Shown piece by piece: positions 10,801 to 24,900 of a stretch of 64,000 bases of DNA. The DNA is from Bugula neritina (taxonomy: Eukaryota > Animalia > Bryozoa). The translations under genes and the position numbers were made by a program. Position 1 is the first letter of the stretch, and the number at the start of each line of letters is the position of its first letter. Below the pieces are notes generated by a model. That model searched no databases. It worked only from the letters and a program-made list of their open reading frames with translations, and was not told the origin of the DNA. The DNA is taken from contig OZ037766.1 in NCBI GenBank assembly GCA_964035545.1, positions 27,511,673 through 27,575,672 on the forward strand, in the 5' to 3' direction.

Positions 10801-13800
10801 GAACTCATCACCGGCCCGTGCATTGCTATGGAACTTAGAGCACAGAACGCAGCTATAGCTTTCAGAGAAATGTGTGGACCACATGACCCAGTAAGTTGAA
10901 CATCATGTCATGGGTTTGGTTTCATCCCAAATAGACGCTTCCCACTCAGACGCTTCCCACTTAGACACTTCCCAGTAAGACGCTAGTTCTTATTTTGGTA
11001 CAATATATATAGTAAGATTCCTATATATATCTATATAACTGTTGTAGCAATTTCTAAACATGAAATAAAAGTTAATATAAATCATTTGGAATAACGACCC
11101 AATAATACATTAATAATAGACATTATCTTTAATGAATACTTATCAACGAAATATCTTTTCAAACAGGAAGTATAGAAGAAGTATAGAAAATGCAAAATTA
11201 ATAAGTTAATGCAGATCAAAGGAATTATTTCAAGATACATATAAATACAATTTATTTAAATATACATGTTTTTCAATAATATTTATAGAAATTGCACATA
11301 AAATACATATATTGTACCAAAACGAATAAATAACATCTAACTGGGAAGTGCCCGTATGGAAAGCGTCTAAGTGGGAAATTTAGCCTAGCGTCTAACTGGG
11401 AAGCATCTATCTGGGATGACACCATGAGTTTATCGTGATTTCATAGTTTATTTTATCTGCTAAGTTTAGCAGGGCATGATAACTTCTATGGCCCGGAACT
11501 TTTGACTTCCAAATTTTTCAATACAGTGGTGTAAAACTGCTATGCAGCAGCAAATGATTTAACATGTGTTTCCATTTGTATGGTAGACCTGAAAGATGCG
11601 ATATTAATTATTTTGTTAGCGTTTACCTGAGTTTATAAATAATATAGTATACTGATAAAATATAATTACACTAATAAAATAAAGTGTTCAAATAAATAAA
11701 GGTGAAAGTGATAAAGCAGCGTTTAGCTAGGTGAAGTTTCTTGTTTAAATCAAGCAAATAACACTCAAGTTTTACACCAGCTTTAAAAGAAATTTCAATA
11801 ACTTTCTCTTTTATTATGTGTTGATAGAGTACTAAAAATGTGTTATATAAATATTTTTTCAATCAGCATAAACCTTTTTCTTAGAAAAATTGAGATGATA
11901 GTTGAATCACGTACCATCAACATTATTAATTAAGTTTTTCAACTTTTGGTTTGTTGAAATAAATTTCTGGCAGGTGCTTTATCTTTAATACAATAGAATT
12001 CTGTTTAACTTAACCTAATCTTACTTCAACACAATAGTTAATGAGATTATAAATTATAAAAATACATTCCGTTTGTCATGGTGTCAGTGTCTACTATTAT
12101 TTACCGTCTTTTTATTATTACCTCATTTCTGGTCCCACATTCAGCCTGTCGAGCCAAATAATATTTATATATTTATTCATATTCAAACTCCTTGAGTTAA
12201 AATTCAATTTACTAAAGTCTAATTTTAGAACACTGATTTATTAATTCTATATTTCACCAACTTTTGCCGTCTGACTGTCTCCGATATTTTAGTCATCCAG
12301 AAAATTGTTTTGCACTTAACCAGTGGGTTTCAGGGTTTATTTATGACCCGTGGAAGCGAAATTGCATCTTATAAATTCTAGAGCCTAAAGCATTAAATAT
12401 ACTAGGTACATTAGCTGGCTAGTGTGGTATTTGGCCAACTAAATGGCTATGTCAAGGTTTTATTTCATAATGCATACATATATTAAAATTATACGGTTTT
12501 AGTAATTTATGTTTATTTTGAAGGCACAATTTTAGCCTCAATAATTTTGATAAATATTATCTTTCTCAATAATAATAATTTTATCCAATATTATTTGTTT
12601 ATTTCAGTTTTATAACATCAGCAATAATGTCATAATATCAAAACATAGTTGGAGCTAAGCTTTTAGTTTAGTTTAGTTTAGTTTACATGAAATTATGCAC
12701 AAATATGTTTAAAATGCTAAATTTCATTTTTCATTTTAATCGTTTCCTAGAATGCAGGATGTATAATATAATATATACATACTCATGAACACTTTTTATG
12801 ATGCAATAATTTAATATGTCATTTCGCAACTAGCAGAAGTTGTTTATACTTTATAACTAACTAATAGCTTGAAAATTAGAAAAGTTTGGTAGAAATTTTA
12901 AAAATAAATTGTGACACGTTAAATAACTCTATAAATTTCAGAACACAGAGTAGCTGTTATTTTAAAAAGTCTGCATGTTTTTGTTTACTTTTAAATGTTT
13001 TGGTTATTGACTCTACCTCAATAAAGTTATTTGAGATTAATCAATTAATTTCTAAAATTGTGATTGACGATAATTTATTCTGCGTCACAGCTACTCAAAG
13101 TAATCAATAATATTTTGGTTAGTTTGAAGAATCGTGCCATCAGCTTTATATTGCAAACAATAGAAACTTGTTCAGGACAGGTTGTTACCTTCACTCAACA
13201 GTTATATTGGTTGTTAATTATATTTTTGGTCTTGTTTGTCATTGTGTCACAGCTTTGGCACTGCCTTTTGTCTTTTTGATGAATAGCTCGCTATCAAACA
13301 ATGGATAGAAATTCTTTTGCTCACGGACCTGGACTGACCACTATATTGTGCGGTTTTCATCTTACAGCTGCACGATAGTACAGGTTTATAATGAAGCAGT
13401 TTTTTTGTCTTTGTATATATTTTCAATAGCCAGAGGTTGCCTACAAGGTATTCAATCTCAGACTAAAAGTTTCTCGTAAATTCTTGAATAGTTAATTTTT
13501 TGCAAACCTCTATGACTCAAAGTTTCATTTTACACTGACGTGCAAACCTGCTGCAATGTGCAGGTGGAAGCGTGTTTTCTCCAGTATAGAATAAAAATCG
13601 GATAGTGATTGAAGAAAATTTAACAGCACGGAAGTTGAATGTTTTCACCAGTTGGTAATCTTCTGTGTTGGAAAATATTAATCTTGTTTTGAAAAAAATC
13701 ATTTTATTTCTGAAAATGGCGCAGAGAGAATTATATAGTATTTACAAGTTTTCATAAATAATTTGTGTTTCTAAAAAACGTTATTCATATTTTCTCACAT

Positions 13801-14626
13801 TTTTGATGTTTTTTCACAGGCATCTATCTATACTTCTTTAGCCTAAAAACTCCACCTCAGTCAACTACTATAATTGGGAGTTGTTTTTTCTTATACTTCA
13901 GCCCAAACGGACTTCCTAAAATTGTAGTTTTGCTATCACATTCTTACTGTAAAGTATTTACTGTTTTACTGGGTAATTGATTTGTTGCAATTTCTTATAC
14001 ATTTGACCCACTGCGTACCAGACCACGGCAGTGAAACAATTCTACTGTCACACTATTGGGGTGATAACTCTTGATAAGAAATTTTATCCCAACCCCCAAA
14101 CCCATCTAATAGAAGTTCACCATTACATTACTTCAACCATGTGTTGCAGTAAGACTTACTAAATTGTATTGCTCTAGCCACTATAGCATTCTATCAATGT
14201 AGTATGACTTGAAATTTCTTTATATATTATGATAAAGCAAATCTTATGTGATTTACTTTAAGAATTATGGGTAGACTAGTCTAACGGAAATTAAGAACAC
14301 TTAAATATGCATAGCCCGTATTTCCTCTAACTGATCATGTTAATCGGGACGCCACTCCTACCCCCTCTCCAGTATATTTACCAGATATTTAGTATGGTTG
14401 ACCTTGCATATAGGTGCTTTTGCAGGACACCTGCACTTGGCAGTCACTGCCAGGCATCATGTGATCATATTTGATATCTTTTCAGGAAATTGGCAGGCAG
14501 CTCAGGCCACGAACTCTTCGAGCCAATTTTGGCAAAGACAAGATTTGCAACGCAGTTCATTGCACAGACCTCCCTGAAGATGCGCTTCTCGAAGTCGAGT
14601 ACTTCTTTAAAATCCTTGACCAATAA
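4830..14626 (+). CDS. NME7: Nucleoside diphosphate kinase 7 (DM10 domain + two NDK domains), 376 aa
   Basis: Exons 4830-4832 (ATG only), 5181-5294, 5654-5817, 6300-6461, 7355-7509, 7970-8125, 9209-9343, 10790-10890, 14486-14626. All introns are GT-AG, phases are consistent, total 1131 nt. Diagnostic motifs: FEAEWYDP, RRQFLKR, TLGIIKPD, RNACHGSDS, CTLCVIKPH, AGFEVSALQMFNMERANAEEFYEIYKGV, NAVHCTDLPEDALLEVEYFFKILD. AATAAA at 15146-15151. Confidence 0.96.
5873..6087 (-). mobile_element. tRNA-derived SINE, copy 1 (NME7 intron 3)
   Basis: Minus strand begins GGAGCAGCTGTGGTCTAGAGGTTAGA...CATGGGTTCTAGCC (A-box/B-box-like Pol III head). Homologous to 6497-6690. Flanked by direct repeat AGCTGAGTG(T/C)ATAGAA at 5857-5872 and 6088-6103 (TSD-like, inside a pre-existing short tandem repeat). 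Confidence 0.7.
6497..6690 (-). mobile_element. tRNA-derived SINE, copy 2 (NME7 intron 4)
   Basis: Shares blocks GCAAGTTTATAGTCAC, GATGCTCTTCCT-ACATCA-CAATGGCCTT, ACCCATGA and TCTAACC-CTAGACCACAG-TGCTC with 5873-6087, in the same orientation. Confidence 0.7.
7813..7979 (+). repeat. 34-bp tandem repeat (5 units, last one 29 bp) containing the NME7 exon 6 splice acceptor
   Basis: Unit ~AGTATAACATACTATCTCATCTGCAG|ATAACACC; the CAG ends at 7838, 7872, 7906, 7940 and 7969. Confidence 0.9.
10918..11423. mobile_element. Non-autonomous DNA transposon (MITE/foldback-like) with long sub-repeated TIRs and 8-bp TSD
   Basis: Left end GGTTTCATCCCAAATAGACGCTTCCCA versus reverse complement of right end GGTGTCATCCCAGATAGATGCTTCCCA. 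The TIRs contain ~16-bp AGACGCTTCCCACTT subrepeats and extend inward to TTTTGGTACAATATAT. Flanks are ATGGGTTT (10910-10917) and ATGAGTTT (11424-11431). AT-rich non-coding core. Confidence 0.8.
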
Positions 14627-15441
14627 GAGACGCCGTAACATGATCTACGGGAATGCACCTAACTTCCTATCTTCATTCTTCTTGGCGATTATTAATTTAA
14701 TATGTCTGGTTATTCATTGACAAGTCCATTCAGTACTTGAAAGTTAATTACTTAAAGATAGTTATTTTGACCTGTCTACTTCTTGAGCTAAAGTTGTATA
14801 ACTAAATCTGTCAACTAGGGACTTATCTTAATATAACAAGTATGGGAGTTGTCATCTCTAGACCATCAAGTCTGAGTCAGTAGACACATTTACCATTCCT
14901 GGGCATTAAATCACATGTTCTGGTAGTTAACTTTTTTGTCATGGAGCTCCTCTGCCAATAATTTAATTGGATGCATTAAATATTCTGCACATTCTGTGCC
15001 TTGCTTATGATATTTATAGATATTTTAATATATGCTTATCTATTTGACTGAACTTTTACCACCATATTCATTCAACACACAGTTTAAGTATCGTTGCATT
15101 GATTTGTATTATAAATTTTTAAATTATGTTGTATTACATTGTGTGAATAAAGATGTAATATATTTGAGTGCAACCAGATGAAACAATTTTACTGTTAACA
15201 TTTAACAATGTAGTTGTACAGGTTAATTCAATGCTGATTCAGAGAGGAAATCCATGTGTTTTTAGTTTCATTTTGTGAATCAAAACTATCAGACTCATAA
15301 TTTGAAGCACCTGAACCAAAAGAAATTACTGCAGCATTTAACTTAAAGAATATATTGCTATAGCATGCCATAGTGCTGACATAAAGTAATTTATCTTTAT
15401 TAAAATAATTAGTTCTGTTAAACCCATCTTTATTGTATGCT

Positions 15442-15454
15442 GTTGCTAGGCAAC
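15442..15454. promoter_or_regulatory. RFX X-box GTTGCTAGGCAAC
   Basis: Canonical 13-bp X-box ~300 bp downstream of the NME7 poly(A) signal, followed by a CpG-richer segment (15480-15960). Confidence 0.5.
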
Positions 15455-18400
15455 CTGATCAACGAAAACAAATTCCTTATGCGTCTACTTTTTGTACCGT
15501 ATTCGTTTGTTTAAACTTAACAAATCCCTTAACCCCTAGACAACTTTGCTGAACCATAGGCCGTAACGTAAAATGTCAGCATTTTTACAAATGTTCGAGC
15601 TTCCTATACAGTTTTGTAGTACATCAGGATCTAGCACTGCTTGATTCAAAAAAGTTGCGGCAAGCTCCTACTGGACAGGAAAACTTTCGCGTCAATTCAT
15701 TGGGTATAAATGTCCAATAGTATGTTATAGATCGTACCCAATAGCGCACTTTGAGAACTTCAGCGCAAACACATTCTACGTTACGGCCTACGGTGTGACA
15801 AAGTGTGTCTATAGGGAGAAAGTCTGTCTCATAGTCCTTTAACTCCATTGTAATATCAGCATGTTAATCCTACTCTTCTAAGTGTGAAGAAATTGCTTAT
15901 TTGTTATATAGGTACAGTAATGATTGCGTCTAGTCTCAAAGTCGGAGAGGCCCCCCTCCAGGGTAGTAAAAGCAGAAGTGCAGTGTTTTACCTGTATAGT
16001 CTTAGGCCTAGCAAAATAATGAGGTTGCATGTCTGATTTTAAAAATATAATCGAATTATATTCTTTACCAAGTTTGTTCATTTATTTCATCAATAATGTT
16101 AGTAAGAAAGCAGAAGATATAATAGTAATGATGGGGCCCATTGATAGAAATGTGCCAATAGCAAAGGTCGTGAGAAAGCAGACCCGAAATAAGCAACAAC
16201 TAATTATTTAGTTCACAAATCTTCCAGTCAACAAGGCTTCACCTTACACCTGAACGCTTTGGGATCAGACATGAGCTTCTAAACATCTACCAGGCGCTAT
16301 ATCTCTTACTACCTGTAAGAAAATTTTTACTGGCTGAATTACAAATGTTATGGAGATCAATGGGGTTACTGGTTAGGTGTCAAGGTCATATATACTTAGC
16401 TTAGATGAATCATTCTTCCATTTTATGTTAGTGAAGCTATGAACTGCAACCTTATATGGCCTGATAACATCACAAGTTATTTGGTATAAGTGTATAACAC
16501 CATATACTATGGGTATACCCATGTGTACATATGTATACATAATAATTATTCTTCCTGCTGCACAGTGCACTGTACGTACTTGAATATTATAAACAATTTT
16601 ATGTAACTTGATACTATATGCATTGTGTAACTATACGCTGTAAACATTGTGTATACAATATGATAATCATCCTGCCAAGTGAATCACATTAAGTGTCTTT
16701 TGTTAGCCAATAGAAGCTGGTCATGTGATGACCTAAGTTGGCAGCAGTGGAGAAAAACATGAGTAGGTAATAGGTAAAATATTTTGAAAAACATGATTGA
16801 CTCATCTTCCAAGGTAACGTAACATCACATGGGGCCTGCAATCTGTTGTTGTTTTGGCCAGTTGGATCCTAGTATCTATGTAAATGAAAATTTCTAAAGA
16901 ATAAGCAGCCAAAATATTTTGTGTTTAGCTTATTACAATGTTATCGAAGTCATGCGATGTGTGCATAGTTTCCTTGTGTTTTTAGCATGGCTTATACCCA
17001 ATTATTTAAAAAACTGTGATCGGCCTTATAATTTTTATGCTGCAATACTGTTTCATCCTATTTATTGCCTGAATATGCATTTTGTTTTGAAAAAATTTCC
17101 TGCTGTTTTCCACAGTGTGTAATGCTGTGATAATTAACAGGAACTTTTTCTGCGTCAAGGAAAGAACAGTTGATTTCTAGTAAACAGGCTTTTCTGTTTT
17201 GAATGATGAAACTTGTGTCATAACTTGAAGGAGTTAATTTATTTATGATCAAAAAAGCAAAATATTTTCAAATTTGTTCATATAATGTACAGTACCTTCA
17301 GTTAGTTATATATGTGTGTATTTTCTGCATGTAGAACTAAGAATTGGTGTAGTCATTATAATTCCAAACTTCATTTTAGTTGTAACTTAACAAGTCTCTT
17401 CACGTCCTTTTACAAGTAGTTTGCTTAGGATAGTCACCCAACTAACCAGCAGTAATGATTTGAAAAAAGAAACAAAGAAATTACCAAAACAGAAATGACA
17501 TTCTAATACAGCAGCACATTAAAACGAGTCATTTCCTACTTTGCTTGTTAGATCTGTCTAGTAGATGTGAAACCTTTCAGCAACATGTACATCAGAGGGA
17601 TTAAGTGGCATAGGATATGGTAATCAGATATAACATAATTCTATACATTTGATGAGTTGATATGTATTCAAATAATTATCTTAAAGACAGCCAAAAGTTA
17701 ATTAGTAATTAATAGGTCTAGACCTAGAAAAGCATCAATTTGCTGCACCTGTGTTGTTATAAACAAATACGAAATATAAATCAACATTAATAGAATATTA
17801 GTAATCAATTTAGGTTTTATGAAGTGATCAACATATGTCAATGTGGCATATATATAGCCATAACCATGCATTTTCTAATGCAATATATTGCCATATAATT
17901 TAATTTCGCTAATATAATGTATCACCACATGATGCAGCTGTTCAAGTTTAATGGCACATCATAAGGCTTTGCTGGGGGGGGAGCGGGTGGGGGAGAGGGG
18001 GGGGGTTACAACCCACACAGTTGATGATTCTGTAGACCTTAAAGGTTTGTAGCGCATCAGTTGTTGAACACTGAAAGCATCATTTCACCTGCATACTTTG
18101 CATGACACTGTTTAATTATCAAATGCCTTAATTGTAATGCAGCCAGTGTTTTGCCTATGCATAAAATTAATTCCATTTGTTATAGGAATTGTACTATTCA
18201 CTAATATGTAGAGTGGGTCTATCACATAGTGTAAATCATCGTATATTATACAAGCTTGCTTTAGTACTATTCATTGCTGTTTATTTTACTACAAAAACAC
18301 CAAAATTTAGTGATAGGAATATTATGAAACATATTATGGTAAAGGTCCAACATTTGATCTTGAAAACAACAATGAGGTAATAACCTTTAAATAGTGCAAT

Positions 18401-18595
18401 GACTCTTACAAGAAGTTTCAGTAATAAGCAAAGTTTGTGTTTAGCTAGTGTTTGTGTTAGAGCTCACTTGGAAATTATGAAAGTCTGAGTTATCTGCATT
18501 ATCTGTTACTCATTGTATTTTCTGTCATCATAATATTATAATTGGATCCTATTTGAATATGACTTTGAAAATCATTAGAAGGAGCGTTGAGTTGG

Positions 18596-18962
18596 GGTAA
18601 CTATGTATGTAACTGTGTATGTAACTGTGTATGTGACTGTGTATGTTACTGTGTATGTGACTGTGTATGTGACGGCATATGTGACTGCGTATGTGAGTGT
18701 GTGAGTGTGTGAGTGTGTGAGTGTGTGAGTGTTTGAGTGTGTGAGTGTGTGAGTGTGTGTGTGTGTGTGTATGTGTGTGTGTTTGTGTGTTTGTGTGTGT
18801 GTGTGTGTGAGTGTGTGAGTGTGTGAGTGTGTGAGTGTGTGAGTGTGTGAGTGTGAGTGTCTGTGTGCGTGCGTGCGTGCGTGCGTGCGTGCATGCGTGC
18901 GTGCGTGCGTGCGTGTACGTGTGTGTGTGTGTGTGTGTGTGCGTGTGTGCGCTTGCGCTTGT
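18596..18962. repeat. Compound microsatellite: (GTAACTGTGTAT)n then (GAGTGTGT)n then (GT)n then (GTGC)n
   Basis: Directly visible; source of the spurious HT/VC-repeat ORFs at 18549-19187. Confidence 0.95.
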
Positions 18963-21900
18963 GCAGACGCTGGCTGCAATCAACTCCTTTGCTGTTAGAT
19001 TATGAAGATGAGTGTGACATAAATACAACAATTCCCAGACTATTGACTTTAGGTTCTTAGAACTGTCTAACATAAATGAAATTTTATTGGTGTATACCTC
19101 TCCCTCAAATTGATTTGAATCTCTGAGCAGAAAAAGTGTATTCAGTATTTGTTTAACCAAGAGAAATAACAACAGAAAGTAACACAAATAAATAAAAATA
19201 AAAAACTGCAGGTTTTTACAGAGTGCTGTGTGGTGAGTATAGTCTATATTATAGAGTGCTGTGTGATGAGTCTAGGTTATATAAGCTCATATTAATTTGT
19301 CTTACTGTTGCTATGCATTTATCTCAGATATAAAAACTTGTACATATATTCTTACATTTCATTATTATTATTATAATCAATGGGTCAAAAAGTGGTTTAA
19401 CAGGAAAATTTCATCAGCTGTTCATTTTCCTGAATAATAGACAAAATGAGAAGACTTGTCAAAATTTTAATTTAATTTATATATATGATAATTGATAGTT
19501 GTTATAATTAAAGCATATGGGCAAAGAATGGAAAGATTGTGGAGGAGTTGATTAAAATATGCAAATATTGTAGGCCTTTTAATATGAAACCCATTCAGTA
19601 TAATTATTGTGCGTTTTCAGGGCCACTTCATGAATCATAACTTTATGTTATATTTTATATGGCATCTAGCAGTGGTTGGGCAACTAAACTAAATATTCTG
19701 TGTGCAGCAGATGCGTGGGCCACTTCAGACGTACTGGCGGCCCTTTTCTCTAGAGCTTAATGTGGGGTGCCAAATATTCTGACAGGGCGTTGTATGTTTT
19801 GGATATTAGCCCACCTTCTAAAGTTCAGGCTGCATAAAGCAGAGTTCAACACTGGCCAACAGCAAATGCTCTAAAAACAGTGAACAATGGGTTGCTTTGC
19901 TGTGAGTTTTATGCATTCTTAATTGACTAAACGCAAAGTTCTTGAGGTAGTGGTCTAATTGACTGAGCATTATTTATCGGATCTATTTTCACATTTCTTT
20001 TCACATTCCTATTATTTGTGCTTTAGTGAAAATAGGATGGAATAATTCAAAATGAAATAGCTCACAAAACATACAGTCATGCATACGAAGATATAACTGT
20101 CTCATAAGTGGTGGTAATGTACTGTATGTGACAGGTAACTCCAGCAACGATTTGCACTGTGTATAGCAGCACCCTAATTTAAAGAAACATTTAGTACGTT
20201 GTAGTTCATTTTCTACAACTAATTAAAAAAATTGAGATCATCTTCTGCAGATACAATCCTAATCAATCAAACAGAGTTAAATAAATGTTTTCTTAGTGGT
20301 CAGTGTTTTTACTTATTAACTGTATATTCAATGCTGTATCTGTATAAATTAATCTTGAAATAAAAAATACTTAAACATGCTCAGCTGTGTAATGATACCT
20401 CAACCATTCAGCTGATATACCTGGTTTAATAGAACTATTATCCTATGATGGTAATGCTACTTTTTAGATGTAAGTGTTTTTCACATGATATTATTTTAGC
20501 TATTATTCAAACCATTGAGTATGTAAATTAACATGTTTCGTTATAAATAGAATCAATCATTGCTGCTGGCTGAATGTTTCAGCAGTTTGGTAAACATATT
20601 AAAAAACACATGAACATAAAAGACATTTAAGATAATGACATTTGTAAGGCTAAATTAAAATAGTGAGAATTGAATTCGCTTAGTTTGCCATTCACAGTTT
20701 CCTAGATTAACTCAAGCTGCTATTTAATAGATCTGAAACTATATATCCCGTATATATATATATATATTCTCTTTATACATGCTCTCTATATTATAGGCTC
20801 TCTATATATGCTCTTTGCAGCAGGAAGATATCCGAGTATATTAATTTCGAAGCAATTAAGTTGTCAGTAAATGTTCTGAATGCTGCACACCAGAATAATA
20901 GAACCATTTAGCTCTCTGTGTGTGGTTGGCTCAACGTCCTAGTCTTATGGAAAGTGCTGGAACACTCCATCAGCAGATGCCAAGAAGTATTGACAGTCTA
21001 CCTACCATCTGTCTGTCTAGTATAAAAAAAGACCAGCAGAGACTGGTGTTTCACCCCTTGGCAGTTGGCACTGCTGATGCAAATCTCAATAGGTGTTCAT
21101 CAATCATGTAGAGATTGAAAACTTAACAGATGAAATAACTATTTTGCTAAATTCATCAAAACACTTTTAAAATTAGTTGATAAATGTATCTTTATAAAAA
21201 CTTTTTGTGGTTTAGGCTGTGTAGTATTTTTCCATGTAAATTGTTTAGCTCAAAAAGAGAATTTTTAAGTTTTTAAGCTCACAGTGGTTGAATATAGCTC
21301 TTGTCTATTGTGCATTTGCATGCAAATTATTATTTAATTATAGTAAAAAGTATTCTATGAATATTATTGCAGGGTTAGTTAATTTTCATTTCTGCAACTG
21401 CCACCATTGCAAAACAATAAAAAACTTGAAATAGAGTTGCCAGGTTAGACTTCCACTGTACAAGTGAAATATTGCCCTAATATATCAAACATTAGACTAG
21501 TGTGCAGTATGGAAATGTGAGCTTATGAAATTCTTACAGTGTGTTATAATATCTAGGTTAATATTATATGACACTCATCAATCAACTTCTAGACTATTAT
21601 TTTGCAGATTACCTTGACACATTAACGACATTAAGCAACATAATCTCCACCAGGCAATATTCTACTAGAATAGGAAGTGACTGCAGTTGATGGACTTCTC
21701 CACGAAGACCTGCACAAGGTTCTCCTGCACGTTGCATCACACACTTACCTAATTATTGACCAATCACATGTGTCCTTTCAGCGCTTGACCCTGTTTTGGT
21801 TAAGCCATGCCTTTTAGTTCAATCGTGTTCAAAGGGTCTCTTGCCAGTATTTTGAGTTTGACTTTAGTTTCCCTGTTACACAGTGTTGTTACGAACCTGT

Positions 21901-24900
21901 CTAAGCAGCATGCTGACTCATATCCTGTCTAAACTACTAATATTTTGTTTAGAAATAATCACGCTATTATCACTTTATCTCTTCCTTGTCAGTGATTCAA
22001 AACTAACTTTAATGTAGGTGACTAATAAAGCACCGTCAAATATTTGCAAATTCTGAACACACTGCAAGAATTTGCTAGATATAGATTCTCTAACAGCAAA
22101 GTTACAGGTTTGAAAAGCAACAAGAAGAACTGTATAGATATTTTATCGCATGCATGCCATACATTAAACTGCTGGAATACTAAACGTTATTAATTTATAT
22201 TCTTGCCTTTATACTTCTAATGGATGCAATATAAAGTTTAGTTTGTCGTTGAAAAAAAAACTGAACAGCTAGTAACATATTTATTACATAATTAAAGCAG
22301 TTTATTTCCAAAATCATTCAAGCAGTAAATGCTTGCATAATAAACAATTATACAATAAGTTCTTTCTAGACTATATCAGCTGGAATTCAACTAATTGATG
22401 TTGGGCACCTTTTTTTAAATTTGAACCACCTTGAAAAACCTTGGAGTAGAAAATACAGACATTTTTGAAGCTATTCAGCAATGTTAGATCCAAAGTAGGC
22501 AATCAATTTGCATGGATACTTCTTTGCCAGATTTAGGCTTAGTTCCAAAACTCCCCAAAATAGGTATTTTTCAACTCATCGGGCTAAAGATCGATTTTTG
22601 GTAATCAATTTAAATTTTTCGTAAAAAAGCTTCTTTCAAATATGCTTTTTTTATTCTTAGCTGATGTATAACGCTCATAACAAGACCAATAACATTTTTG
22701 TGAGCTTGAAAGATGTTCTTTTCAATGCTATAACTTACAGTACCTAAATTAAGATTAAAAATACGAGCAATAAACATAAAATAGTAATTAATTATTTGGG
22801 CTATAGTCCATGCATCATGCCTGCATGTGAACTATCAATTAAGCATATTAGGACATTGTTTGGTCAGGAATTTGTATATCATCTCTTCCTATAGTTAAAT
22901 TGCAATTTCTAGACAAACATAAAGCAATTCTTGTTTCGTTGCATTTTTTCTCTATGTTTGCAATTGCATGACATATAAGTTGTAGAGTAAAATCAGTTTA
23001 TGGCGCAGTAGGCAAACGCAATTTTCACTTTGCAACATTTTTAATAAGTAGATGCAATGAACTGAAGTATACCCTAACTCTAGTATGATACTAATTTCTC
23101 AACTGTTGTGAGAGTTTCATTAATAATCTTATCATTTAATTTTAGAAACAAGACAATTGGGTAGTTTCTAGCCCATGTAACCTGAACATGCTTTGGCGTC
23201 TATAATAAGCATAAATGCTATACTTGAAGTATTCTCATTGAGTCATACCAGTACCAGAAATCGTTTAGATTTTTCTCCTACAGCTATATATAATAAATCG
23301 AGTTATAAACAAAAATATATTTTATTTCAACAAAAACCAATTTCTCAGCACGGCTTTGAATTGCATTGTTTCAACATCTAAACTATTTAGGAAATCCACT
23401 AAATCCCTTTGCTTTTTCATTTTATTATTTTTTCTATTTTTATCACATCAACACTTATAGTTTTCACAGTATTGAATAAAGTGAAAAAGTATCAAGGTGT
23501 TTCAATAAATGTTTGACTGCAACTTGTTGGCTTCACTTTGTTGTTAAAAAATCTTTGCTGCAACAGGTGGTGGATGTCCTACAATACTGGGAAACACAAT
23601 ATTTAGATTGATATACAATCACTAATCACTATGACTATATATGAGTCATTATTGTATGATTCACTCAAAGGGAAACAAATTAGTCACCTGTCACTAGAAA
23701 ATTCTCTTTCAAATCTTCAATTTTCTTTGAAACCATAAATTCATATATACACTTTGAGTTTGAAGATACAAAAGTCTGTTTTATGTTATTATCTTAAATA
23801 AACATAAAAAATCACATCATTGTGATTTGCCTGAAACCTATTGGATTTTATAAGCTAAAAACATTTTTAAAATTTCAATAACATCCGTTGCAGCTGTTAG
23901 AATAAGTAAAAACTTATTTCTAAATTATAGCAGAGTGTGTTACGGTTTACCCCATTAGGAACAGCTGGGATTGTTCACCGCAGTCATTTGTAAACTTGAT
24001 TTATGAGTTCATCAAAAACTTGAATTGCGTCATCTGAAAACTTGTTTGTTATACTTCAAATCAGTTGTTAGTCCGCTACAGAGGTTTGGATATACCAGTT
24101 TTTCAGAGCAACATAAAACGACAACCGCCAATGTTTCAGTTATACAACATTGTTTCTTCCTCCTTGTCCTTAACATGCCTCATCAAAAAATAGTTTTTAG
24201 CTCTAAATGAGAAATGCATTTCTTGGTGTTCGTAGATGGGAAGTTCAACTCATTATTTCAACATAATACAATTGGGTTATTATTCAATATAAACATATTA
24301 TAGCAAATTGTATTTTTAAACTTGCCTATTTAATTGACATGTAAACTGCTGCACCTACGCAAGTGATCAAACAAATTATTCATCGTGATTCTTGTAGGGA
24401 AATGGGCTTGCGGTTTGTAGGACACCATTATTCAGGCAGTGTTATAGCCCTATATTTTCAGCGTGCAGGCTGCAGCATAAAGTTATAAAAAGTAATACTA
24501 GCCAGGCAAGCTTTTGCAGTTTTAGCTAGTAATTCGAAAATATTATTATTTTTAAATCTTAAATTAATGTATTTAAATACTGTGTTCTTCAACGCAGTAT
24601 TATATTATGTATTAATGTGAATGATTAGGTTACATAGGTACTGTGCTGCACTAACTCTTGGTACATAAAATGCTTACATTCAAAGTCTTATTAGGAAATT
24701 ACAATTTGTTGAAAGGAAATCATTCAAAAACACTTGTGCTGGTGATGCTGTAATAGATCAAATTATAGTTACAAATTATAATTGTCATTGATTCGAAATG
24801 TATCTACCTTTTCAGTACTATACTGCTACCAAGACTAGTTCCATGCACCAAGTGTAAGATATAATTGTCAACGTTACAACCTGTAATGAGTTTCACTCCA

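Noticed and set aside
14490-14720. 76-aa ORF in the track
   Set aside because: Alternative frame over the NME7 last exon; the conserved frame is 14486-14626.
15624-16211. Short ORFs (74, 67 and 60 aa) downstream of NME7
   Set aside because: No recognisable motifs and no consistent splice partners; lengths expected by chance.
18549-19187. 212-aa His/Thr-rich ORF and overlapping ORFs
   Set aside because: Translation of a compound (GT)n-type microsatellite; open in several frames, no splice or homology support.
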